In this document: piece by piece, positions 35,945-44,112 of the stretch
How the letters are laid out: every line of letters begins with the position of its first letter
How positions within the stretch are numbered: the stretch's first letter is position 1
Assembly (NCBI GenBank): GCA_001794125.1
Contig: MGJF01000002.1
Location: 108,514-172,513 of the forward strand
DNA length: 64,000 bases
Direction of reading: 5' to 3'
Source: Candidatus Yanofskybacteria bacterium RIFCSPHIGHO2_01_FULL_43_32
GTDB taxonomy: Bacteria; Patescibacteriota; Minisyncoccia; 2-02-FULL-40-12; GWA2-44-9
Made by a program: the position numbers and the translations under genes
Notes under the pieces: generated by a model
Seen by the model: only the letters and a program-made list of their open reading frames with translations
Database searches by the model: none
What the model was told of the DNA's origin: nothing

Positions 35945-37067
35945 ACAATTTATTTATGCCACTGCTGTTCTGATAGGAACCATGGTTGGGGTGGGGGTCT
36001 TTGGAATTCCCTTTGCTTTTTCTAAGGCCGGCTTTTGGATGGGTTTTTTATTCCTGATATTTATCGGTTTTATAACGCTTCTTTTGAACCTTATGTATGG
36101 CGAAGTGGTTTTGAGGACCCACGAAGAGCATCAGATAACCGGTTATACCGAAAAATATCTCGGGCCGTGGTTTAAAAGAGCCATTTTCTTTTCCGTGGCC
36201 CTCGGACTGTATTCCGCTCTGCTTGCATACATAGTTATTGCCGGAGATTTTCTGAACAATATCTTCTCTTCTGTTCTTTATGCCTCCCCGGCCTCATATA
36301 GTTTAGTGTTTTTTTTCGTTCTTTCGGTTCTGGTCTTATTGGGAATCAGAAGAATTTCCTGGGTTGAACTGCTTTTGGTGGGCTTGTTTACCGTGGTGGT
36401 GCTCATGATATTCGGTGTTGGTATAAATAAAATAGATTTGTCTAATCTTGCCGGAATTCAACGGGAATTCTGGTTCTTGCCCTATGGAGTTTTACTTTTC
36501 GCTTTTGCGGGATTTTCATCAATTCCCATTCAGAGAAGCATATTGAACGGACAAGAAGGCGGCTTGAAAAAATCCATCTCGTTGGCGATTGTTTTAACCG
36601 GCGCGCTTTATTTGCTGTTTGCTTTTACGGTTCTGGGCATATCGGGAAGCGTGACTACACCGGATGCCGTATCGGGTTTATATGAATTTTTGGGCGGCAA
36701 AATAATATTTCTTGGTTCGTTTTTCGGCATTTTGGCCGTCAGCACTTCTTTTTTAATGCTGGGCTCGGCTTTTTTGGACATGTTCCGTCTCGATTATAAT
36801 GTTCCGAGGAAATTGGCCTGGCTCTTGGTTGTTGCCCCTCCTTTGGTTTTATTCTTGGGCGGTTTGCGGACCTTTATTGATATCATAAGCTTGGCCGGTT
36901 CAGTTGCCATCGGGCTTGAAGGGATAGTTTTGACATTCGTTTACATAAAATCAAAATCAAAAGGGGACAGGGTCCCGGAATATAGTTTGGAACTTCCGAA
37001 ATTTATTTATTATCTCCTCATCTTCATGTTCGGAACGGGGATTGTGTATGCACTATTCATCAAATAA
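35910..37067 (+). CDS. amino-acid permease-like transporter (Trp/Tyr permease / Aa_trans superfamily)
   Basis: 11 TM, N-terminal GTMVGVGVFGIPFAFSKAG motif. Overlaps the mgtC 3' end if ATG 35910 is used. Confidence 0.5.
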   Translation: MKIPDLNILKSKQFIYATAVLIGTMVGVGVFGIPFAFSKAGFWMGFLFLIFIGFITLLLNLMYGEVVLRTHEEHQITGYTEKYLGPWFKRAIFFSVALGLYSALLAYIVIAGDFLNNIFSSVLYASPASYSLVFFFVLSVLVLLGIRRISWVELLLVGLFTVVVLMIFGVGINKIDLSNLAGIQREFWFLPYGVLLFAFAGFSSIPIQRSILNGQEGGLKKSISLAIVLTGALYLLFAFTVLGISGSVTTPDAVSGLYEFLGGKIIFLGSFFGILAVSTSFLMLGSAFLDMFRLDYNVPRKLAWLLVVAPPLVLFLGGLRTFIDIISLAGSVAIGLEGIVLTFVYIKSKSKGDRVPEYSLELPKFIYYLLIFMFGTGIVYALFIK

Positions 37068-37100
37068 AAAAGCCCCGCCTGACGAAGCGCGGGGCTTTCT
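37065..37100. terminator. bidirectional terminator between convergent genes
   Basis: aaaaaaagccccgcctgacgaagcgcggggctttct, A-run before and T-rich after. Confidence 0.5.
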
Positions 37101-37231
37101 GTCGTGCGGGGCACTGTTGTATTAGAATTTTTTGACAGGTTGCTGTTTGGGAGGACAGCCCGTCATGGTGCGGGGATTTCTTCGGCGAAGCTTCGCAAGC
37201 ATCCGCCGGAACCAGGATTTCTTTGTCTTCC

Positions 37232-37813
37232 TCATTTCGCCTCCTTAGCAAGTTCTTGTTTCAGCCAGAATTTTCGAGTGGCAAGTACTGCGATTAAGAA
37301 GCAGAAGACTGCGGCACTAGCGGGATAAAATCGTTCTTCGACTACCCAACTCTTCCCGCCTGCCATTGATAGGTAGTTGGCGATGAAATAACTGGAATAT
37401 ACAAGAATTGGCATGTCCTGGGGCTTTCTCCATGCATCGACGAGTTGCGGGATACCGGCGATGAGCATGGCCGTCGTGCTTGCGATAGTAGCCATCTTTT
37501 CGCCGGAGAAATACCAGATTACCATGCTTACAATCGTCAGCGAAGCAACCATTGTCTCAAACCACGTCCATGCTGCCTTATTGCCGGCCTTCAAGATAAA
37601 GTACACGGTCAATGTGCCTCCGATGGTATAGACCACCGGCAAAAGAAAATTTCCCTCCTGAACGATGATTGTGGCGGCAACAACCGCATCAAGTGCACTC
37701 CATAATGCCCATGTGAGAAAGTTCTGTTTCGCCTTGCCGCTTCTGATCTGCTTCCACAGTGGGAAATATGTCAGGAGAGCAAGGATGCTGCCGGCCCAAA
37801 TGAGAGCGTTCAT
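37232..37813 (-). CDS. PQ-loop-like 6-7 TM membrane protein (hypothetical), moderately GC-rich cassette
   Basis: ATG with GGGAGA SD. TMs with a GIPQLVDAW (PQ-loop) and an FPLWKQIRSGK pseudo-repeat. About 50% GC. Confidence 0.4.
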   Translation of the reverse strand: MNALIWAGSILALLTYFPLWKQIRSGKAKQNFLTWALWSALDAVVAATIIVQEGNFLLPVVYTIGGTLTVYFILKAGNKAAWTWFETMVASLTIVSMVIWYFSGEKMATIASTTAMLIAGIPQLVDAWRKPQDMPILVYSSYFIANYLSMAGGKSWVVEERFYPASAAVFCFLIAVLATRKFWLKQELAKEAK

Positions 37814-37844
37814 CTCTTATCTCCCAAATTGTCAAAGATAAAAG

Positions 37845-37873
37845 ATTATAACACACATTTTTTGTATTTTCAA
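37845..37873 (-). promoter_or_regulatory. consensus promoter TTGAAA-17-TATAAT (minus strand)
   Basis: Plus-strand tttcaa 37868-37873, attata 37845-37850. Confidence 0.45.
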
Positions 37874-37943
37874 CTTTTACTAAGTATCCTGCATTATCCG
37901 GAAGAGTTTGAACTTCTCTTGCTAATTGTCATTTACAACCAAA

Positions 37944-38025
37944 GCAACCGGCGGAGGGTGTGCCCTTTTATAAAATTAGCAAGATTTTAGAAAAGGGCAC
38001 CCCGCAGTCACGCATGGAGGTTGTG
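37944..38025 (-). repeat. Rep-B hairpin repeat, copy E (reverse orientation)
   Basis: Reverse complement: cacaacctccatgcgtgactgcggggtgccc[ttttctaaaatcttgctaattttataaaa]gggcacaccctccgccggttg. Confidence 0.55.
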
Positions 38026-38056
38026 AGGTGCTATGGATATGGCATAATTATAAAAC

Positions 38057-39409
38057 ATGACCATGCTGGCAAAGTTGTTGAACAAACTCGAACAATTTTT
38101 ATTTTATTTCCTGCTGTTTGCGATTCCGTTCCAGACGCGGAAAATATTGTGGCACCAGAACTGGAATTTTAACGAATGGCAGGCGATATCTCTTTATGGC
38201 ACAGATATCCTGCTGATTATTCTTTTCGGGTTCTGGGTTCTCGGCAGAGTAAAGCCAAAGATCGAAAAATATGATTATTTTTTATTTGCCCTTATTGCTA
38301 TCTCGGCAGTATCCATAAAAAACTCTTCCAGCTATATCTTAAGCGCTTATAATGTTTTAAAACTCGCAGAATTAGTTGTTTTCTATTTCTACGTAAAAAG
38401 CTACGCGGTTTATAAATTTGGTTTGATAGGGTCAATGACAGCTTTGATTTGCGGGGGATTGTTTCAGGCGGTAATTGCGATTATCCAATTCTTTAAGCAG
38501 TCCAGTTTAGGGTTAAAGTTGTTGGGCGAAAGCGTCTTATCATCTGATTTAATCGGTATTGCCTCGTTTTATAATCTGAACAGCGAGAAAATAATCCGGG
38601 CCTACGGAACTACGCCTCACCCGAATATTCTGGCCGCGTACCTATTTTTGGCTGCCTTTTCTTTTTATTTTGTCTACCTTTATTTTCACATTTACCACCA
38701 AAACAAAATCTACCACCCTAAATTCAGCATATTTCTTCTGGCAAGTTACCCCCTTATTCTGCTTTCCTTGTTTTTTACATTTGCCCGGGTGATGATATTT
38801 TTATGGTTTGCCGGATTTGCCGCAAGGGCGGTCCTTGTCTTGAACAAAAAGAATTTCAGGAGAATTTTTGCCCGCGGGCTGAACAGGGTCAAATTGACCA
38901 AAATTTTGGTTATTAGCGCTGCGGTTGTTGTGTTATTCGGAGTTTTTTACTGGCCGGAGGCAATTAGTAGGGTTAAAATCTCTTCTGAAGAGGAGGCGGT
39001 TCAGTTAAGGATTTTTTACAACAAGGAATCGTTGAAATCGTTAAATTGGTTCGGCGCCGGCGCCGGAAATTTTGTTAATTGGCTGATGGTCCAAGACCCC
39101 AATTTGCCTCGCAATTTGTATCAGCCGGTTCACAATATCTATCTGCTTATCTATTCGGAAATGGGAATTTTGGGCATTGCCGCGTTTATATTATTTCTTA
39201 TTTTCCTTATTAAAGATTTTATTGTTGGCACTAAAATGGAGAAGCTATACCACTACTCTTTTTTGATATTATTTTTATCTTTCTTGTTCGTCGGTCTGTT
39301 TGACCATTTTTTGTTGACCCTCCAGCAGGGGAGGTTAATGTTCTGGCTTCTCTGCGCCGGGTTGACCCCTCACCTTTGGAGGATTGGCGGGCTTCATGTC
39401 CATGATTAG
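38057..39409 (+). CDS. O-antigen ligase/polymerase-family (Wzy_C-like) polytopic membrane protein
   Basis: About 12 TM with a large loop in the C-terminal third. No nucleotide-binding motifs. Confidence 0.5.
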   Translation: MTMLAKLLNKLEQFLFYFLLFAIPFQTRKILWHQNWNFNEWQAISLYGTDILLIILFGFWVLGRVKPKIEKYDYFLFALIAISAVSIKNSSSYILSAYNVLKLAELVVFYFYVKSYAVYKFGLIGSMTALICGGLFQAVIAIIQFFKQSSLGLKLLGESVLSSDLIGIASFYNLNSEKIIRAYGTTPHPNILAAYLFLAAFSFYFVYLYFHIYHQNKIYHPKFSIFLLASYPLILLSLFFTFARVMIFLWFAGFAARAVLVLNKKNFRRIFARGLNRVKLTKILVISAAVVVLFGVFYWPEAISRVKISSEEEAVQLRIFYNKESLKSLNWFGAGAGNFVNWLMVQDPNLPRNLYQPVHNIYLLIYSEMGILGIAAFILFLIFLIKDFIVGTKMEKLYHYSFLILFLSFLFVGLFDHFLLTLQQGRLMFWLLCAGLTPHLWRIGGLHVHD

Positions 39410-39497
39410 ATATAGTCAACAATAGTTTAAGTATAAACACAGTTAAGAATGTCTAAGCCGACCGCTGCTGGGATACATATCCTCCAAAGGTGAGGTG

Positions 39498-39526
39498 TTG
39501 ACATTGTTTAGAGATGGTAATATAAT
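39498..39526 (+). promoter_or_regulatory. perfect consensus promoter TTGACA-17-TATAAT
   Basis: TTGACA 39498-39503, TATAAT 39521-39526. Followed by SD AAGGAGG 39565-39571 and ATG 39577. Confidence 0.55.
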
Positions 39527-39576
39527 GTTTAAACAACAATAGTCTGGCAAACGCAGTTCTTCACAAGGAGGTTCGC

Positions 39577-39837
39577 ATGCTCGTTCCGTGTCCTTTCAGG
39601 GGCGACCACAAAATTCGAGAGGGCCACATGCACGGCCCGAGCCAGTGTCCGCCGCCGGCTGGTGAACACGGTGACCACCGCCGCAACAAGCGTCTTCGCG
39701 CTCGGTTTCGTGCCAGGCAGTCAGAAGGTATCATTGAGAACCGTGGCGTGGCTGTTGCCGGCGTCGGCGGGAATCAGGCCAAGTCCCATCGGCAGGGAAA
39801 GAAGGCGGCCAAGACCAAGACCGGGACCAGTGTCTAA
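39577..39837 (+). CDS. 86-aa basic, His/Pro/Arg-rich hypothetical protein (GC-rich cassette)
   Basis: MLVPCPFRGDHKIREGHMHGPSQCPPPAGEHGDHRRNKRLRARFRARQSEG... About 62% GC. Textbook promoter, SD and terminators. No known domain. Confidence 0.4.
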   Translation: MLVPCPFRGDHKIREGHMHGPSQCPPPAGEHGDHRRNKRLRARFRARQSEGIIENRGVAVAGVGGNQAKSHRQGKKAAKTKTGTSV

Positions 39838-39852
39838 CGACTGTCTTCGGTC

Positions 39853-39912
39853 GGGGGCGACAACGTGTCGCCCCCTAATTTTTTAAATGGAGCATTTGCT
39901 CCTTTTTTGTTT
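39853..39912 (+). terminator. two tandem intrinsic terminators
   Basis: gggggcgacaacgtgtcgccccc followed by taatttttt, then ggagcatttgctcc followed by ttttttgtttt. Confidence 0.55.
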
Positions 39913-40188
39913 TCTTAAAATCGCTCAACCCTAACCCATTCTCGGGCACGGCATAAATTCTTGCTGGAATTTTGCCTCGTATTACAGAGATTCCCGGACT
40001 AAAGCACCGTGAACCTTCTCCGAGCCACTCCGTCGAGTTCCGTAAGTCCCTCTAATAGATTAGGGTTTCGCTTTTGCTTAATTAAGAGCGACCAGCCATA
40101 TACCCACAGGGAGAACTTGCGCAGGCCCGAAGCTTGGTGCTTGGTGAGGGCCGAGCATGTAGATAGCGCCGAGCCGCTGGAGCGAGGC

Positions 40189-40221
40189 GACTATCGGTCG
40201 AGTCGGGGGTATGTGGCTGGG
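40189..40221 (+). promoter_or_regulatory. conserved ~33-nt core of a ~60-nt motif (gctgagg.gactatcggtcgagtcgggggtatgtggctggg.gcga) ~40 nt upstream of the UDG start; second copy at 52103-52134 upstream of rseP
   Basis: Near-identical 32-nt core in both places. Looser similarity extends ~15 nt on each side. Confidence 0.3.
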
Positions 40222-40260
40222 AGCGAATCTGTTCACAACCCAAACAGCTTATAGTAAACT

Positions 40261-40890
40261 ATGATGATGGATAGAACCGAACTCCTAAGACAAATCAAAG
40301 ACGAAGTCATTAACCCCGCCCTTGCTGGCAAGGGCGGGGCAGGTCTCGAAGAGTCCCCGCTTTATAAGGAGCGTATTAAAAACAAGGTTTTTCCTGTTAT
40401 CGGAGAGGGAAGCCATCGTGCCAGGATAATGTTTATAGGCGAGGCTCCCGGCAAGAACGAGGCGGCAACCGGAAGGCCGTTCTGCGGAGCCGCCGGGAAG
40501 ATATTGGATGAATTGCTTGCCTCGGTCGGCATAGACCGCAAAGATGTTTATGTAACTAATATCGTCAAAGACAGGCCGCCGTTCAACAGAGACCCGTTAC
40601 CCGAAGAAATTAAGGCCTACGGACCGTTTTTGGACAGGCAGATAGAGATAATCCAGCCGGAGGTTATCGCCACTCTCGGCCGGTTCTCGATGGATTACGT
40701 CATGAGAAAATTTGGCCTTGAATCACAGCTCTGTTCAATCAGCCAAATGCACGGCAAAATATTTGAAACAGAGACCCCATTCGGAAAAATAAAAATCGTT
40801 CCACTATATCACCCCGCCGTGGCGATATATAATAAAACTACCAAAGATACCCTGGTGAAGGATTTCCGGATTTTAAAAGATTTTAAGTAA
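40261..40890 (+). CDS. uracil-DNA glycosylase, family 4
   Basis: MFIGEAPGKNEAATGRPFCGAAGKILDELL, GEAPG motif with the Fe-S Cys pattern. Confidence 0.8.
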   Translation: MMMDRTELLRQIKDEVINPALAGKGGAGLEESPLYKERIKNKVFPVIGEGSHRARIMFIGEAPGKNEAATGRPFCGAAGKILDELLASVGIDRKDVYVTNIVKDRPPFNRDPLPEEIKAYGPFLDRQIEIIQPEVIATLGRFSMDYVMRKFGLESQLCSISQMHGKIFETETPFGKIKIVPLYHPAVAIYNKTTKDTLVKDFRILKDFK

Positions 40891-40903
40891 AACCACTTCG
40901 TGC

Positions 40904-41581
40904 ATGGAAACTTTTTTTAATTTTTTTCAATCACATTTTCCGGCCCTGATCCACTATAAGTATTTATTTATTTTTCTGGGGGCTGCCATAGAGGGAATGA
41001 ATACGACCATATTGGCCGGTTTCTTGGCCTCCATTGCCAGCATATCTCTCTGGCCGGCATTTTTTATCTGCCTTACGGGCGAGGTTATCAATGGATTTGC
41101 GTGGTATGCCGTCGGATACTATGCCGGGTCTAAGCCAATAGACAAATGGGGCCGTAAAGATAAAAAAAGCAGGAAGATAATCGAAAAAGTTGAAGAATAT
41201 TTCAAACGCTACAGCGGCCGGGCGATATTGTTTGCAAAGATTACTTGGTCGCTGACAATCGCAACTATGATAACCGCCGGCTCGTTCAAGTATGATTTAA
41301 AGAGATTTGCTTTGTATAATTTTCTGGGCTCGGTTATGTGGATAGGGATGGTGTTTTTTGTCGGATTCTTTTTTGGCCAGAGTTATAAATTTCTTTTCGA
41401 CTATCTTAAAAACTTTGTATTTATATTTATTTTCCTCGGCGGAGCAATCGCGCTCGGCTATATCCTGAAGATAATATTCCGGTCGGCCTTTATCCGGTCC
41501 CTGTTTTTAGCCGACCGCATCAAGGAATTTAGCGACAAACTTAAAAACGGGATTGATAAGTTCTTGTCGGACGAGGAATAG
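40904..41581 (+). CDS. DedA/TVP38-family membrane protein
   Basis: Conserved DedA block (F.KITWSLTIATMITAGSFKY...FALYNFLGSVMWIG). Confidence 0.7.
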   Translation: METFFNFFQSHFPALIHYKYLFIFLGAAIEGMNTTILAGFLASIASISLWPAFFICLTGEVINGFAWYAVGYYAGSKPIDKWGRKDKKSRKIIEKVEEYFKRYSGRAILFAKITWSLTIATMITAGSFKYDLKRFALYNFLGSVMWIGMVFFVGFFFGQSYKFLFDYLKNFVFIFIFLGGAIALGYILKIIFRSAFIRSLFLADRIKEFSDKLKNGIDKFLSDEE

Positions 41582-41644
41582 ACTGCTCAACCCCCACCCA
41601 TTTCCGACCTATTGCCTGCGCCTCCGGTCTTCTTCGGACAAATA

Positions 41645-41756
41645 CTCAAATTAGATCTCAATTTGCTTAATAAATCTTAGCATCCGTTCCTCCGCCGAAG
41701 AGGCGGATTTTCCGGCTAAGATTTATAAAATAAGCAAATTATCAACTAATTTGAGC
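41645..41756. repeat. large imperfect inverted repeat (~37-bp arms) around a short GC hairpin
   Basis: ctcaaattagatctcaatttgcttaataaatcttagc ... gctaagatttataaaataagcaaattatcaactaatttgag, flanking ttcctccgccgaagaggcggatttt. Lies directly next to Rep-A copy 2. Confidence 0.35.
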
Positions 41757-41804
41757 ATTATGTTGCCCTCGGAGGCAAACGGTCTAAAATGGGTTGGGGT
41801 TTCA

Positions 41805-41968
41805 CTTATTTTAAAAACCGCTCGGGATATATGCCTTCAGAGAAGGACTCGGAGGCATTCAGGCTTGGTTCTGCGAAATGCCGAGAGACAAGAAAGATTT
41901 GCCGCCGGAACAAATCTATTCTGGTTCGATGAAGGTATATGTCCTGGCGGTTCTATGGGATGAAGTAG
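41805..41968 (-). repeat. Rep-A palindromic MITE-like repeat, copy 2 (reverse orientation)
   Basis: Reverse complement aligns with copies 1 and 3 along the full length. Confidence 0.55.
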
Positions 41969-42026
41969 AGCGAGTGACCTGTGGATTGCCAGATTTGTGC
42001 GAATTTGCTATTATTAACCCTATTAT

Positions 42027-43205
42027 ATGATTACTAAAAAGACCCCTTATATTGTCGTTATTTTGCTGTTTTTGGCCTTTGCCCGCTTATCCTATGCCGC
42101 TGCCGACGATACCCGTTATTTTGTTAAATCCACCTCCGGCTGGTGGAAAAAATCCTTCGGTGTCAGGCATAATTTTGATAACGGTTTTACCGCCGACCTA
42201 ACCGATTTTCAGCTTCGCGTCGCGAAGATTTTCGGGGTAGAAATTGAACCCGTTAAGAAGTTAAACGTCCTGCCCGATTTATCGCAGGCGCCGGTAACAA
42301 GCGGAAAGGTTCAGGCGCAAAGAGCTAAACCGGCAGAACAAGTTCCCTGGGGCATAAAAACAATTTACAATGATCCCTTGCTTTCAAAATCATCGGGAGG
42401 TTTAGGCGTTAATGTTGCGGTATTAGACACGGGAGTTCTTAAAACTCATCCTGACCTTAAAAACAGGGTCAAAGCTTGTAAAGATTTTTCCGGTCCGTCA
42501 GCTATTGCTGACGGAAAATGCGACGACAAAAACGGCCACGGAACCCATGTTACGGGTATAATCGCCGCAGATGGCGGTTTGGACGGACTTGGAATATACG
42601 GCATGGCTCCTGAAGCCGGTGTCTTTGCTTATAAGGTTTGTTCTAATAACGGCACTTGTTGGGCAGATGATATCGCTGTTGCCTTAAGGACTGCTGCCGA
42701 CGATGGGGCTAACATTGTAAACATGAGCTTGGGTTCTGATAATCCGAGCCCATTGATAATCGATGCCACCAATTATGCCATTTCCAAAAACGTTTTAGTT
42801 GTTGCCGCCGCCGGCAATGACGGCCCTTATGCCGGAAGTATTGATTATCCCGGGGCAGATGCCAATGCGATTGCCGTAGGAGCCGTTAACGCCGATATAA
42901 AAATTCCGGACTGGAGTTCGCGGGGGAATAATTTCACCTCCAAGCCCTATGTTGTTGAAGAAAAAGACATTGAATTTGCCGCTCCGGGCGTAAATATTGA
43001 ATCAACATGGAAAGACGGCAGATACGCTATTTTGTCGGGGACCTCCATGGCTTCTCCCCACGTTGCGGGATTAGCCGCCAAATTATGGCAAAAGGATATT
43101 GTAGATTCTGCTAATGTTGTCCGCGATGCTTTGCGCAAGCTTACCGCAGACCTGCTGCCTATCGGCGATGATGATTCTTCTGGATTCGGATTTCCGCATC
43201 TCTGA
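42027..43205 (+). CDS. secreted subtilisin-like serine protease (peptidase S8)
   Basis: Signal peptide. Catalytic triad contexts AVLDTGV, HGTHVTGIIAA, GTSMASPHVAG. Confidence 0.85.
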   Translation: MITKKTPYIVVILLFLAFARLSYAAADDTRYFVKSTSGWWKKSFGVRHNFDNGFTADLTDFQLRVAKIFGVEIEPVKKLNVLPDLSQAPVTSGKVQAQRAKPAEQVPWGIKTIYNDPLLSKSSGGLGVNVAVLDTGVLKTHPDLKNRVKACKDFSGPSAIADGKCDDKNGHGTHVTGIIAADGGLDGLGIYGMAPEAGVFAYKVCSNNGTCWADDIAVALRTAADDGANIVNMSLGSDNPSPLIIDATNYAISKNVLVVAAAGNDGPYAGSIDYPGADANAIAVGAVNADIKIPDWSSRGNNFTSKPYVVEEKDIEFAAPGVNIESTWKDGRYAILSGTSMASPHVAGLAAKLWQKDIVDSANVVRDALRKLTADLLPIGDDDSSGFGFPHL

Positions 43206-43288
43206 TCAGTTTTTAATTTATGGTTTAGGGTTTTTAGCAAGCAGTCTTTTGGGGCTGCTTTTTTATTCTGTGGACTTAACACTGGAAA

Positions 43289-43313
43289 CTGTAAACTAAA
43301 AGCTGTAAACTAA
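43289..43313 (+). promoter_or_regulatory. direct repeat ctgtaaactaa x2 (3-nt spacer) 6 nt upstream of the 43319 start
   Basis: aactgtaaactaaaagctgtaaactaatttatATG. Possible regulator binding site. Confidence 0.3.
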
Positions 43314-43318
43314 TTTAT

Positions 43319-43939
43319 ATGAAAATTAACCATGTCGTCAAAACCCTGGTCTTATCCGACTTCTTTATTAATGCCGGTTTTTCTATTTTTGCCCCGGTAT
43401 TCGCGATATTCGTCACCAAACAAATTGAGGGGGGGACTTTGGCGGTTGTCGGTTTTGCCGCCGCCATTTTTCAGATATTCAAATCAGGCCTTCAAATCCC
43501 GATTGCCAAATATTTGGACAAGAATCACGGCGAATATGACGATTTTTATTCTATGGTTTTGGGCACTTTTCTTATTGCGCTAGTGCCGTTTTTGTATTTA
43601 TTTGCAACAAAAGCAAGCCATATCTATATGATCCAGGCGCTTTACGGCATCGGGGCATCTTTCGCCATCCCTCCCTGGTATGCGATTTTTACCAGACATG
43701 TCGATAAAATGCAGGAGAATGTGGAATGGTCTCTGGACTCTATCGCCATCGGGATCGGCGCGGCGGCTTCCGCTGCCATGGGCGGACTTTTAGCGGAAAA
43801 ATTCGGTTTTCAGTTCGTATTTCTGTTGGGAGGTATGTTTGCCGTTTTTGGCGCTGTTCAGCAAATTAAAATTTTCAGGGACTTGAGGGGTAAAGTATCT
43901 CGTGGCACAGTCAGGCCGTTGCCTGACGGCGCTAAATAA
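43319..43939 (+). CDS. half-size (6-TM) MFS-like membrane protein (possibly a truncated transporter)
   Basis: Six TMs with MFS-like loop spacing. 206 aa is about half a normal MFS transporter. Confidence 0.35.
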   Translation: MKINHVVKTLVLSDFFINAGFSIFAPVFAIFVTKQIEGGTLAVVGFAAAIFQIFKSGLQIPIAKYLDKNHGEYDDFYSMVLGTFLIALVPFLYLFATKASHIYMIQALYGIGASFAIPPWYAIFTRHVDKMQENVEWSLDSIAIGIGAAASAAMGGLLAEKFGFQFVFLLGGMFAVFGAVQQIKIFRDLRGKVSRGTVRPLPDGAK

Positions 43940-44112
43940 ACTTGTTCGCCCTCCGCTTACTTTCGTAAAGCGGTACGGGCCCTAAAGGGTTTGTCCAATT
44001 TTTTCGTTAAAATCTCCGCTTGCTCCTCACCATAGTTCACTATGGCTCGTCGCAATGCTCGATTTTGCCTCGAACTTGGCCAAACGAACTGCGTTTATAA
44101 AAACAAAATAAT

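Noticed and set aside
37104-37705. Plus-strand ORFs 37104-37328, 37413-37631 and 37445-37705
   Set aside because: Antisense to, or downstream of, the PQ-loop-like minus-strand gene. No signals.
39915-40190. RNase P RNA or tmRNA in the GC-rich spacer after the 86-aa cassette
   Set aside because: I looked for the P4 strands (AAGUCCGGG / CCCGGCUUA), a tmRNA 5' GGGG acceptor/3' T-arm-CCA, and an ALAA-type tag frame. Only loose fragments match (tagtccggga on the minus strand, gctttTgcttaa). Nothing is convincing.
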